A DNA stretch of 64,000 nt, taken from assembly GCA_016432365.1 (NCBI GenBank), contig CP066686.1, positions 355-64,354 of the forward strand, written 5' to 3'. The notes below the pieces were generated by a model that was given only the letters and a program-made list of their open reading frames with translations, did not search any database and was not told the origin of the DNA. Each line of letters opens with the position of its first letter. The first letter of the stretch is position 1. This DNA comes from Candidatus Woesebacteria bacterium. GTDB taxonomy: Bacteria > Patescibacteriota > Microgenomatia > UBA8517. A program made the position numbers and the translations under genes. Shown one piece after another: positions 8,188 through 17,280 of this stretch.

Positions 8188-8540
8188 TTCCAGTTTTTTT
8201 CCTGCCCCCAAATCCCCATTGAATTTTCAGGTTCAACTTTGGCCTCCAAGAACACCGTGTTAAATTTCATTTTTGTTTTCTGTTTGTAAACAAGCGTTTG
8301 TGAGGAAACCGCGAGAAAGTTTCCACAAACCCCATCAAAACTGCACCTAGAAATTTTAGCTTTTTGAGCGAGGGATACACCAAACTGACCGAAGGGAATT
8401 TGGTGAGGGCGGAGGCTCCCCGGCAAAAAGCGTTAAGAAATTTCTGGATAAGTTTTGTAGGGGCACCCTTTCATCTCCATTCTTTGGGTGCGCAAAGAAT
8501 GGAAAAAGTGTGTTCTAGGAGGCAAGAAATTGGTAAAAAT

Positions 8541-8924
8541 TTACTTTGTTTTTAATTCCAAAATATCTTCAGGTCTAAAAAAACCAATTGTTTTTTCAGT
8601 TCTACTATCTAAAAATAAATAAGACCTTTCTCTTATCGCCCCTACCCGCATCGAAAGTTCGGGTGAAGACTCAAACACTATTGAATAACCATCAACACAT
8701 CCATGCCTGAAGGCAACTGTTCTAATTATAGGGAGCTCACTGGTTCCAAATTTATCCAGCACTTCCCTTTTGACCTTAAGTAACAAACCTTCCGTTGCCA
8801 AGGCCACCGTAATCGCCTCACTCACTCTTGCCAAATATTCCTTAGAATCAGGCATTTTCTGCCATGAAGAAAGGGCGTTTGTAAGTTCAAGATTTAAATG
8901 CGATTTGTTTTTGTCGCGTTCCAC
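8541..8924 (-). CDS. Hypothetical protein (127 aa), weak paralog of 9738..10142
   Basis: Both start MERD. and share the ..WQ..P(D/E).. and ..FRPE(D/H)I.. blocks. Confidence 0.5.
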   Translation of the reverse strand: MERDKNKSHLNLELTNALSSWQKMPDSKEYLARVSEAITVALATEGLLLKVKREVLDKFGTSELPIIRTVAFRHGCVDGYSIVFESSPELSMRVGAIRERSYLFLDSRTEKTIGFFRPEDILELKTK

Positions 8925-9037
8925 CGTTAAAGAGTGTAAAGGGGATAAGACAAATAATCAAACACCAATATCTGGTATAATCTCCCCGTTTGAACCAATT
9001 CGGGTTCAGGCACATTCACAATCGGAAGGAGGCTTGA

Positions 9038-9673
9038 GTGAAAGAAATACTCGCGTTCACGGGGATTTGGGTAGTACTGACCGTCGCAATGCTTGTCCAC
9101 GAGCTTGGACATGCCCTTGTCGCAGGCGCCCTTGGAGAAAAAGTCGAAGAAATTTCCCTGGGTTTACCAAGATTGTTTACTTTCAAACTGTTTGGGATAC
9201 CAGTCAGAGTTGGGCTACTTCCATTAATTGGAGGCACGAAACTCGACAGCCTACTCAAAATGCGTTGGCTCAAAAAAGCGGTGATTGCACTATCGGGCCC
9301 GGTTTTTAACTTTGCCTTCGCTCTGTGCTGCTACTACGCCGTCGGTGGATTTGACCAAATCGCAAGTCTTGCCGAAGACCAATTTTTGGTTATCCCAACT
9401 GTTAAGTCCTTTTTTGGCAACGAGAGTTTACCCACTCCGGGCCTCACAGCTTTGTTCGCGTCCATGACACCAAAGAATGTCATCTTCGCAATTGGAGACA
9501 TCAATCTACTGTTGGCCATTTTGAACATGCTGCCAATTCCTGTGCTTGACGGTGGCAGAATTCTGTTCGCGTTCTTGGAAGGTGTATTTGGAAAGGTTGT
9601 TAACAATATACAGGCCATTCTGATACCGATATCGTTCATCCTGCTCATACTGTGGCAAGTATTAATAAAATGA
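9038..9673 (+). CDS. Site-2 protease family (M50) intramembrane zinc metalloprotease
   Basis: HELGHAL (HExxH) sits in TM1 and a downstream LDGG motif is present; the protein is polytopic. Confidence 0.75.
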   Translation: MKEILAFTGIWVVLTVAMLVHELGHALVAGALGEKVEEISLGLPRLFTFKLFGIPVRVGLLPLIGGTKLDSLLKMRWLKKAVIALSGPVFNFAFALCCYYAVGGFDQIASLAEDQFLVIPTVKSFFGNESLPTPGLTALFASMTPKNVIFAIGDINLLLAILNMLPIPVLDGGRILFAFLEGVFGKVVNNIQAILIPISFILLILWQVLIK

Positions 9674-9679
9674 AGCGTT

Positions 9680-9728
9680 GTGGGTGATCACTGGTAGCGA
9701 AATCTACTCATATCACCCACAGTTTTTA
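9680..9728 (+). terminator. Rho-independent terminator after the M50 protease gene
   Basis: GTGGGTGAT - 23 nt - ATCACCCAC followed by AGTTTTTA. Confidence 0.5.
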
Positions 9729-9737
9729 TCACCAAAC

Positions 9738-10142
9738 TCACCTGACGATAAACGAATCGATCTCATGAGGTCTAAAAGCCGCCATCCATACACGTTCACC
9801 TTTGCGTCCCTCAAAGATTAAAAGATGGGGCTGATCCCCTACACTTCTGGCGAAAATGCGGTATTTGCCATTTTCAGTACTGGTCCTAAAACGAAAGGTG
9901 TAAAGGTCATCTTTCTTTTTTGCAAGCCTAGCAATGTCAGTTAGTTGCATTGCCCGTCTCCCTTCACTGTTTTCAAAAGTTTCTGCTTTTATATTCAAAT
10001 CTAAATTTAATCCCATTTGATTGGTTGTAGAAAACAAACTGTTTATTTTTGCCATTGCCACATTGTTTTCCGGAAAACTTTGCCAGTAAAAAAGTGATGC
10101 TCTGAAGTCCTTATTAACCGCGTTAATTCTATCTCTTTCCAT
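9738..10142 (-). CDS. Hypothetical protein (134 aa), weak paralog of 8541..8924
   Basis: See 8541..8924. Confidence 0.5.
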   Translation of the reverse strand: MERDRINAVNKDFRASLFYWQSFPENNVAMAKINSLFSTTNQMGLNLDLNIKAETFENSEGRRAMQLTDIARLAKKKDDLYTFRFRTSTENGKYRIFARSVGDQPHLLIFEGRKGERVWMAAFRPHEIDSFIVR

Positions 10143-10379
10143 CTATTTTCCTTCCGCCATTTCGTAATGATCAATGATCATTTCAATTTCATCGTCTGTC
10201 AGTAATTTTCTCAAATTTCTCTCGACCCCAATAAGTATGTCCGATCCGATGTCAACTTTATTGTGGAGAATAATTGTGTAGTAAATTCCTGCCGCAGTCC
10301 GCTTGGCCAAATTTTCGATAGATCCGCCATTGCCAAAAACGTCGGTGGCAAACTTACGAGAATTTTCAACTAGTGCCAT
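10143..10379 (-). CDS. Hypothetical small protein (78 aa)
   Basis: ORF abutting the neighbouring genes. Confidence 0.45.
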   Translation of the reverse strand: MALVENSRKFATDVFGNGGSIENLAKRTAAGIYYTIILHNKVDIGSDILIGVERNLRKLLTDDEIEMIIDHYEMAEGK

Positions 10380-10418
10380 TGTAGGTAGATTGTCCCAGGA
10401 AGTATTTCAGAAGTCAAA

Positions 10419-12230
10419 TTACCCGGCCCCACCACCTCCGCCGCCTCCACCACCACCACCGCCACCGGAAAAACCACCGGAACTTCCAACACCGCTAGCT
10501 CCGTACGAATTAAAGGATGAAGACAGGGTGGAAAATGCGCTTTCAAAATGCCCCAACCCCCCTAAATTCCCCGATGTCCCATGGCCGTAAAACGCCATAT
10601 ACATTCCGCTACCCCGCTGTGCCACTTCACTAAACTTTATTGGTAATTGAGACAGAGCCTTAACAGAAATTCCCAAAACAGTTCCATACACCAAATACTT
10701 TTCCCAAAGGATTACAGAATCGATTGCATAATTTTTTGTCACTGAATAATCCTTTAGCCATTTCTTAAACGCCAGCCAACCGGCCACCTCTTTCCCTCCC
10801 CACATGCTTTTTTTCCTCATTGAAGCAACCGAGAGAACCATAACAGAATCACACACGATAAATACCGGAATTAGCTGTGGAATTAAAATGAATCCCCCAA
10901 ACTGAAAATAAAGGTAAGTCAAAATTCCCCAACCCACAAGTTCTCCTATACCTTTCTTTTGTACATCCAAACTTTGTTGTTCATAAAATCCCAATTTCTT
11001 TAAGTCTGTTTTTGCATCTTCTTTCCAACTCATCCAAAAACTCTGAGTTTTGCTCGGGCGGGTTTTCCCAAAATTCTTAATTTCGTCAAAATTTAAACGG
11101 GTCTGACCCTCGTTAAACAAAAACTCCAACAAATCCCGTTCCATTTGGGAAACTAAATCCAAATACGATTCTTTCTTAAGAACTAAAATGTAAACGTCTT
11201 TGTTTCCCCAAAAAGATTTTTTTCGATTTTTTATGAAATCAATTGCCAGAATTTTCCTCCTCGTCAACTCGAGTATTGTTGCTACGATAGATTTTCCGGT
11301 AGCTCCACTGGAAAGCATAGTTTCCACATAGACAGGCGCCAAATCGCTTGGCGGTTCATGGAGCGTTCCCGCCAAATTAACTTTAGGCAAAGGGTCGTCT
11401 TTACCTACTTTGTACCAGCGGAGAATCCAAACCATAGTTCTCCAAATTAACAGAAAGCCAACTAGACCGATTAGACTAATTTGTCCAACTTGACTAATCC
11501 GTGTTTTGTTTTGAAACACTTTTTCCTCAGCAAGAATATTCTTTAAATCACTATCGCCTTTGCCTGAGTTAACAAAAGCCGGGTTTGTGGGAAACAGAAT
11601 TCTCACTTCAAAAAATTTATTTGCAGAAAGGTTTGAACCACTAAAACCAACTTCCTGGTTAGAAATAATATTTACTTTTCCGTTCAATGGCCCATGTCCA
11701 AAAGCCCACACGCTGTCATTTGGAACCGGGTAAGCCAAATGAACTTTTGCGGTGACAGTGCCAACACCCTTCGTCCATTTATCACCAATCAGTTGCCAAT
11801 AAAACTCAGAGATGTCCGAGTGGCTTGCGACAGCGTTTTGAATTGTATATTTGAGAGTGAAGGTTTTATTTTGATTGACTGCCGTGTAATACCACTTGAT
11901 ATAAATTTTATCCCCCTGGTCAGTAATAGAGAATGTCCCCGGTAGCGCTGTGTTATCTTCAACGTATTTATCTGTTCCTTCCGATAATTCTAAATTCTTA
12001 ATTCTTAATTCTAAATTCTTTTTAGAAATCCATTCATCCGCCCAACTAAAGCTTCCGTCAAAATTGTAGACTCTCGTTTCAGATATATCCGCCGACCCGT
12101 CTTTATTTATCTTTACATCAAAATCTGCGGACTCAATCGAATAATCTTTGGCGTGTGCAATAAGAGTAGAAGAGTAAAAGAGTGTAAGAGTAAAAGAAAT
12201 AAAAACAAAATGTAAAAAAAATTTCTTCAC
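10419..12230 (-). CDS. DUF2207-like membrane protein with an N-terminal signal, central TM segments and a C-terminal Gly-rich tail
   Basis: Signal peptide, an extracellular domain, multiple TM helices, then a Ser/Gly tail ending in poly-Gly. This architecture is typical of DUF2207. Confidence 0.55.
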   Translation of the reverse strand: MKKFFLHFVFISFTLTLFYSSTLIAHAKDYSIESADFDVKINKDGSADISETRVYNFDGSFSWADEWISKKNLELRIKNLELSEGTDKYVEDNTALPGTFSITDQGDKIYIKWYYTAVNQNKTFTLKYTIQNAVASHSDISEFYWQLIGDKWTKGVGTVTAKVHLAYPVPNDSVWAFGHGPLNGKVNIISNQEVGFSGSNLSANKFFEVRILFPTNPAFVNSGKGDSDLKNILAEEKVFQNKTRISQVGQISLIGLVGFLLIWRTMVWILRWYKVGKDDPLPKVNLAGTLHEPPSDLAPVYVETMLSSGATGKSIVATILELTRRKILAIDFIKNRKKSFWGNKDVYILVLKKESYLDLVSQMERDLLEFLFNEGQTRLNFDEIKNFGKTRPSKTQSFWMSWKEDAKTDLKKLGFYEQQSLDVQKKGIGELVGWGILTYLYFQFGGFILIPQLIPVFIVCDSVMVLSVASMRKKSMWGGKEVAGWLAFKKWLKDYSVTKNYAIDSVILWEKYLVYGTVLGISVKALSQLPIKFSEVAQRGSGMYMAFYGHGTSGNLGGLGHFESAFSTLSSSFNSYGASGVGSSGGFSGGGGGGGGGGGGGAG

Positions 12231-12292
12231 AATTAATTATATCTCCAATCCCACCAATCACCATAATCACCCCAATGTTATATAATTCACTA

Positions 12293-13105
12293 ATGAGAAA
12301 ACAAAATACATCCTGGCAAAAAGTTGCTCCTTGGTACAACAGAATAACCGACCAGGGCCGGGGGCATTATTACCATCAACACGTCGTTATCCCCGGTGTT
12401 TTGCGTCTTCTGGATCTTAATTCAAAAAACTTAAATCAAGAATCAAAAGTCTTAGACCTCGCTTGTGGGAACGGTGTATTGGCAAAATCACTTCCTAAAA
12501 GCGTTAAATATACAGGTATTGATATTGCCGAAGATTTGGTAAAAACTGCCAAAAATGAGGACAAAAATTACAATCACAGATATCTCGTTGGTGATGTAAC
12601 CAAACCCGAAGGACTTGCCCCTCGAAGCCTTGGCGAAGTGGGGTTCACCCATGCTACTATTATTCTCGCCCTCCAAAACATTTCCGACCCCAAATCCGTA
12701 ATAGAGAATGCCGCAAGACACTTAATTCCTTCGCCGGCCAAACCCTTGGCGGAGGCTGGTAAATTATTAATTGTCTTAAATCATCCGGCCTTTCGAATTC
12801 CCCGCCAATCTTCATGGGGAATAGATGAGGCAAGAAAGATTCAATATAGAAGAGTCGATAAATACATGTCCCCAATGGAAATACCGATTAACATGAACCC
12901 AAGCGATAAAAATAGCCAGGTGACAATGAGTTATCACTTCCCCCTAAGTGACTATTCCAAAATGCTAAAAGATGCAGGTTTTGTTATTAATTTAATTGAA
13001 GAATGGACAAGCGATAAAGAGTCCGAAGGACGCGCCCGCAGGATGGAAAATAGAAGTAGAGACGAGATCCCTCTTTTTATGACAATTCTGGCTACTAAGA
13101 AGTAG
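12293..13105 (+). CDS. Class I SAM-dependent methyltransferase
   Basis: VLDLACGNG (motif I) and acidic motif II (TGIDIAED). Start chosen at Met-7 of the raw ORF (12275). Confidence 0.65.
   Translation: MRKQNTSWQKVAPWYNRITDQGRGHYYHQHVVIPGVLRLLDLNSKNLNQESKVLDLACGNGVLAKSLPKSVKYTGIDIAEDLVKTAKNEDKNYNHRYLVGDVTKPEGLAPRSLGEVGFTHATIILALQNISDPKSVIENAARHLIPSPAKPLAEAGKLLIVLNHPAFRIPRQSSWGIDEARKIQYRRVDKYMSPMEIPINMNPSDKNSQVTMSYHFPLSDYSKMLKDAGFVINLIEEWTSDKESEGRARRMENRSRDEIPLFMTILATKK
12618..12644. repeat. Dispersed 27-nt GC-rich element, copy 1 (inside the methyltransferase CDS)
   Basis: cccctcgaagccttggcgaagtggggt. Confidence 0.6.
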
Positions 13106-13125
13106 TCCGATGTACGATGTACGAT

Positions 13126-13524
13126 TTACGATTTACCATTCTCTATTAGTTTTGTCTGTGCGAGCTTAGAGATTGTAATAATCCTAGGGTCATTATGGTC
13201 GGCCAAAAATTCGATTGGTTCGTCGTGATCCTCAACCCATGCTGCAAGCGCCTTAGGCGATACCTCAAAAAGAACATCAACAATGGCGCTACAAACCTCT
13301 ACCGTCTGAGTCTCTGTATTTCGACTGATTCCAAGATCGTCCAAATGGGATGCAAGAAGAATCTGGCTAATGGATCTTTTTTGGGCATCCTCTGTGCCAC
13401 GCGGTGGTAAATGAGAAGTAAACTGTGAGACTCGGTCGTCCTTTCTAAAAACTTTATACCAGTGAATATAAAGTGCTCTCACTGCTTCTGAAATGGGACT
13501 TAGTGCGGTTACATTTTCCTTCAT
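13126..13524 (-). CDS. Hypothetical protein (132 aa)
   Basis: ORF only. Confidence 0.45.
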   Translation of the reverse strand: MKENVTALSPISEAVRALYIHWYKVFRKDDRVSQFTSHLPPRGTEDAQKRSISQILLASHLDDLGISRNTETQTVEVCSAIVDVLFEVSPKALAAWVEDHDEPIEFLADHNDPRIITISKLAQTKLIENGKS

Positions 13525-13637
13525 GACTGATATTATATAGCCATCTTAAAGCAAAATAAAAAGCCCATCTCTCTCTTCAAATTGAAGAAAAAAATGGGCT
13601 TTACAGTCCTAACTACTTCTGAAGAAGCAACTGAGAC

Positions 13638-14954
13638 CTATTTGATCACGATCTTGACGGTGTCACCGCTGCGGATACTTTTCGAACAAAGAACCCGTTC
13701 GGTATCAACGCCGTTGATCTCAATTACAGCCACCTCATTCGGCCAATCCAGATTCCGAACCTTACGACCGATGACAGCGGGGGCTAGTGGAACCAGCTTG
13801 TCAGTCGCGTTGCCGCGCAGATCCGCCTGGAAAGCGTACAGGAACGAGTCCTGGCTATTGCGCCGAACGAAAACAAGACTTCCCTTGGACAGGTTGTGAT
13901 CGGAACAATCCGGTTTGCCACATCTCGGACAAATAACGTTGTCGTCAACGTCCAGATCAAGCGCAGCGCTCAAATCGTCGTCCATAAACAAACCGAGAGG
14001 TGTGTTGCCGGCAAAACCAGGGAGGGTGTACGGGCCGTCGAGAACCGCCTTGTAGACCATAACGGTCGGCATTTCGGAAAATTCGAGTCCGTCATCCACT
14101 GTTCCGCCGCGATCAGAAACCGCAACCGCCACATCACCGAGACTGAAACTGTCTTCACGGCTGATACGGAAATCGAACGTACTCTTGGGAACTTCCATAC
14201 CATTCACATAGTAGTGATTGGCATCAAAGAATCCGTTGACGATGGTTCGAACGATACTGTGGTTGACTGCAAAGTCGAACATGTGCTGATCGACAAGCTC
14301 AACGCTTCCGTCAGCAGTATCCGTGGTGTACTCGGTCCACTCACGGTTTGTTTTACCACGACTCCCAACTTTCACACCCGCGATACGCATAAGTTGCGCA
14401 ACCTGGGCGGAGGTCGGATTGCCGCGGTAGCGGAGGAGCTTCTTGCTCTTGGCCCGGCCATTGACGCGGAAAGACAGTCCCCAGACGGCTTTGTCCGAAA
14501 TGGATGTCTGAGCGTCGGCGGCTTTTGCAATCTCGGGATACATGCGATAGAGATCGGTCGGCTCCCCTTTCATGGTTTCCAGAGCCTGGACAAAATCTTC
14601 CACCTGTGGAGAGGTATCCCATTTGTCCGAAAACTCGAGACCGAAATCCCGCGAGTTGTGAGGTCGGCTGAATTCGATCTTGTTGCCACCCGCGCTAAAG
14701 GGCTGGAAAACGAAGTCCCCACCCCTGTTGAAGCGATCAGTCAAGCCGGCAAGATTCCGCTTCGAAAACTCGAACTCTTCGACGGTTCGGCCGTCATACA
14801 AAAGCGAGATGGTGATGCGGCCGGCATTTTGGCTGAGAACAATGGTCCCACGATCGATTCTCCCACTTGGCCTTGTCGCGCTCCTGGCGTAAACATTGTC
14901 AATTTGAACACGATTCGGTCCGTTGGTATTTTTGAACATGGCTGCCTCCTTCAA
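13638..14954 (-). CDS. Hypothetical protein (438 aa) with repeated ThiS/MoaD-like beta-grasp segments and a CPRCG-x3-DC-x-DH motif; paralog of 6735..7685
   Basis: High-GC island of about 55%, so the antisense ORF 13896..14975 is an artifact. The C-terminal ~100 aa align with the C-terminus of the 316-aa protein. VNG...GD.V.V..GG-like segments are present. Confidence 0.6.
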   Translation of the reverse strand: MKEAAMFKNTNGPNRVQIDNVYARSATRPSGRIDRGTIVLSQNAGRITISLLYDGRTVEEFEFSKRNLAGLTDRFNRGGDFVFQPFSAGGNKIEFSRPHNSRDFGLEFSDKWDTSPQVEDFVQALETMKGEPTDLYRMYPEIAKAADAQTSISDKAVWGLSFRVNGRAKSKKLLRYRGNPTSAQVAQLMRIAGVKVGSRGKTNREWTEYTTDTADGSVELVDQHMFDFAVNHSIVRTIVNGFFDANHYYVNGMEVPKSTFDFRISREDSFSLGDVAVAVSDRGGTVDDGLEFSEMPTVMVYKAVLDGPYTLPGFAGNTPLGLFMDDDLSAALDLDVDDNVICPRCGKPDCSDHNLSKGSLVFVRRNSQDSFLYAFQADLRGNATDKLVPLAPAVIGRKVRNLDWPNEVAVIEINGVDTERVLCSKSIRSGDTVKIVIK

Positions 14955-15109
14955 AGCAGAATTGCAAGAATCTGAATAGAAAAATAGGCTATGCTTCTTT
15001 ATCTTGTAACGAGCAAGCTCATTGAACCTGCGTAGTATACACCTTTCTAGTCAGGAGTCAACTTATAGTATTTATGAAGAGGCTTAAGAAGAGGTCAAAT
15101 TTTCTGTTT

Positions 15110-16330
15110 TCAGCCTACAAAAGTCAGGGCAATGCCTTTTTTGTCCGCCCTACCCGTTCTTCCGATTCTGTGAATATATGCCTCGTAAGATTCGGGTAAA
15201 TCATAGTTAATAACGTGGCTAACATTGGGAATATCCAGGCCTCGGGAGGCAACATCGGTTGCTATTAAAATCTGAATGTTGTTTTGTTTAAAAGAGGCCA
15301 GGGTTTTTATTCTTTGGCTTTGATTCTTATTTCCATGAATAGCATCGGACCTAAATCCACGTTTGACCAGATCGTCCGACAGCCGTTGTACTCCATGCTT
15401 AGTTCTGCCAAAAATCAGAACTTTTTCGAATTCTTTTTGAATAAGAAGTTGGTGTAACTGTTCGATTTTTTTGGCGGGGTCTCCTACTCTTATTGTCTTT
15501 TGTTCAACATTGGCAGCCGTGTCCCCTGTTTTTACAGAAACTGTTACTGGGTTATGTACAAAACTCTGCAATATTCCGCGCACAGCTTCGTCAATTGTCG
15601 CCGAGAAGAAAAGGGACAAACGTTTTGTTGGAAGAAGGGAAATCATATATTTGATGTCGTGAATGAATCCAATGTCCACCATATGATCTGCCTCGTCTAA
15701 AACTACCGCGGAAAAACGGGATAAATCTAAGTACCTGTTTTTGATCAAATCTGTAACCCTGCCTGGTGTACCTATTACAAAATTCGGGTTGCGACGTAAA
15801 CTGTCTATTTGTCTGCCCATGCTGGCTCCACCAATTAAAAGAGCTGCATAGATTCCAAGTCCGTCTGCAAAAACAAAAAGCTCATCTTTAATTTGCGATG
15901 CAAGCTCACGTGTTGGGGCCATAATGAGAACTCTAAAGTTCCTATCGGCCAACATTTTATTAACTAATGGAATCAAAAAGGCAGCAGTTTTACCCGTTCC
16001 GGTATTGGCAATTCCAATTAAATCGCGTCCTTCAAGGATTGCAGGTATAGCTTTATCTTGCACAGGAGTTGGGGTCTTGTAGCCATGCTTTAGAATGTTT
16101 GCTTTCAAACGTTCATCAATGTTAAAGTCGGCAAATGCATGAGTCGGAACATACTCTTCTTGGGTAACAGAAGTTACATTTTGAGGCAGGTTGTTAATAA
16201 CCTGGGAAGGATCGAATGTCTTGATTCTCCTAACCCCACGGGAAGATGCGCCACCACGGCTGGCTAAATTTCCACGAAGAAATCCCCTCTGCGGGCCTCT
16301 ACGATTTGGCTTAAATCTATTGTTATACAT
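15110..16330 (-). CDS. DEAD-box ATP-dependent RNA helicase
   Basis: Q-motif, GTGKTAAF (Walker A), LDEADHM (DEAD), SAT and HRIGRTGRA are all present. There is an N-terminal Arg/Gly-rich extension. Confidence 0.85.
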   Translation of the reverse strand: MYNNRFKPNRRGPQRGFLRGNLASRGGASSRGVRRIKTFDPSQVINNLPQNVTSVTQEEYVPTHAFADFNIDERLKANILKHGYKTPTPVQDKAIPAILEGRDLIGIANTGTGKTAAFLIPLVNKMLADRNFRVLIMAPTRELASQIKDELFVFADGLGIYAALLIGGASMGRQIDSLRRNPNFVIGTPGRVTDLIKNRYLDLSRFSAVVLDEADHMVDIGFIHDIKYMISLLPTKRLSLFFSATIDEAVRGILQSFVHNPVTVSVKTGDTAANVEQKTIRVGDPAKKIEQLHQLLIQKEFEKVLIFGRTKHGVQRLSDDLVKRGFRSDAIHGNKNQSQRIKTLASFKQNNIQILIATDVASRGLDIPNVSHVINYDLPESYEAYIHRIGRTGRADKKGIALTFVG

Positions 16331-16769
16331 GGGTAAAGGGAACAGAACTGCTTAAAGAAAAATTACATTTGGGCCTAGTGAAGAAAAAGATACAAATAAT
16401 ATATAAAAATACTTGGGGTACCTATTTTCTTAAAAACTAAACTTTAAATATTAACTAAATTTAAGCAGATCTATTACCTCTGACCTGCTAACAATGTGAA
16501 GTATACCACACCCAACCTGGGATGTCAAGTACTACAGGGTATTACCTCGATTCAGGCCAACGCCTTGATGATTGCTTCCCTTATATTTTTGCCTCCAAAC
16601 CAGCCTTTTAGGTATACCGTAGCATGCTTATTCCTATTCCAGTCATGAAGATAATACTTATCTATCCTGCCGCCTTTTTCTATAAGGATCTCAACTAGCC
16701 GTGCAAACGAAAGTGAATTGTTGATTTCTTATTATACCACAAAACAAGACCCAGAAGTTTATTGGCCAA

Positions 16770-17246
16770 CTACTGAAACACTATTTTTGCCAACTTTGCA
16801 TAAGTTGCGGCGATATCCAGTACGTGCGCGCTTACCATGTTTGTGTGAAGCCTCAACATGGCTATTGCTTTCCAGTCACTCAAACGTTTTAACTCAAAAT
16901 ACAAAGGATCGGATATTGAAACCCTGGACATGTATTTGAGTAATTCTTTTTCGTCTTTTGGTTCTTCAAGATCTTTTACCATTTGCGGATGCGCTTCCCT
17001 AAACGCCTCATAATCTTCGTGAGCCTTTAGGTATCTCGGAAACTCGGGGTCGTTTAATGCATCCTCAATACCTTCCCTCAGATTTTTATGATCAAAATAA
17101 TCCTCAGGATCGTGATTAATCAAATAATTTGCTGACACCTCCTTTACCGCAGCTGTCACTTTGTCCTTATCCAGTTCCCAATCCTGAAGTCGTGGTTCAG
17201 AATAAACAACAACACCCGACTCCGAACTGTTATTACGATCTGTCAT
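16770..17246 (-). CDS. Hypothetical acidic protein (158 aa)
   Basis: ORF only. Confidence 0.45.
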   Translation of the reverse strand: MTDRNNSSESGVVVYSEPRLQDWELDKDKVTAAVKEVSANYLINHDPEDYFDHKNLREGIEDALNDPEFPRYLKAHEDYEAFREAHPQMVKDLEEPKDEKELLKYMSRVSISDPLYFELKRLSDWKAIAMLRLHTNMVSAHVLDIAATYAKLAKIVFQ

Positions 17247-17280
17247 GCATAGATTATATCAAACGCATTTCCAAATTCTT

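Noticed and set aside
8106-8426. 106-aa minus-strand ORF crossing the 8200-8540 spacer
   Set aside because: It starts inside the repeated promoter element, has no RBS, contains strong hairpins and has odd composition, so it is more likely non-coding.
10419-10500. Long poly-G/C-rich tract (ccaccacc...gccgcc)
   Set aside because: It encodes the poly-Gly/Ser tail of the DUF2207 protein, and the plus-strand ORF 10303..10590 (poly-Pro) is its mirror artifact.
11987-12025. Tandem 10-nt repeats (ttctaaattcttaattcttaattctaaattc)
   Set aside because: They lie inside the DUF2207 CDS and encode KNLELRIKNLEL. This is a coding microsatellite, not a CRISPR array or mobile element.
13106-13135. Four tandem tacgatKt octamers between convergent genes
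   Set aside because: A short AT-rich microrepeat in a 20-nt convergent spacer with no hairpin or T-run. It is probably incidental.
13896-14975. 359-aa plus-strand ORF antisense to the 438-aa gene
   Set aside because: Same high-GC antisense artifact; the minus-strand protein has a paralog, which confirms its frame.
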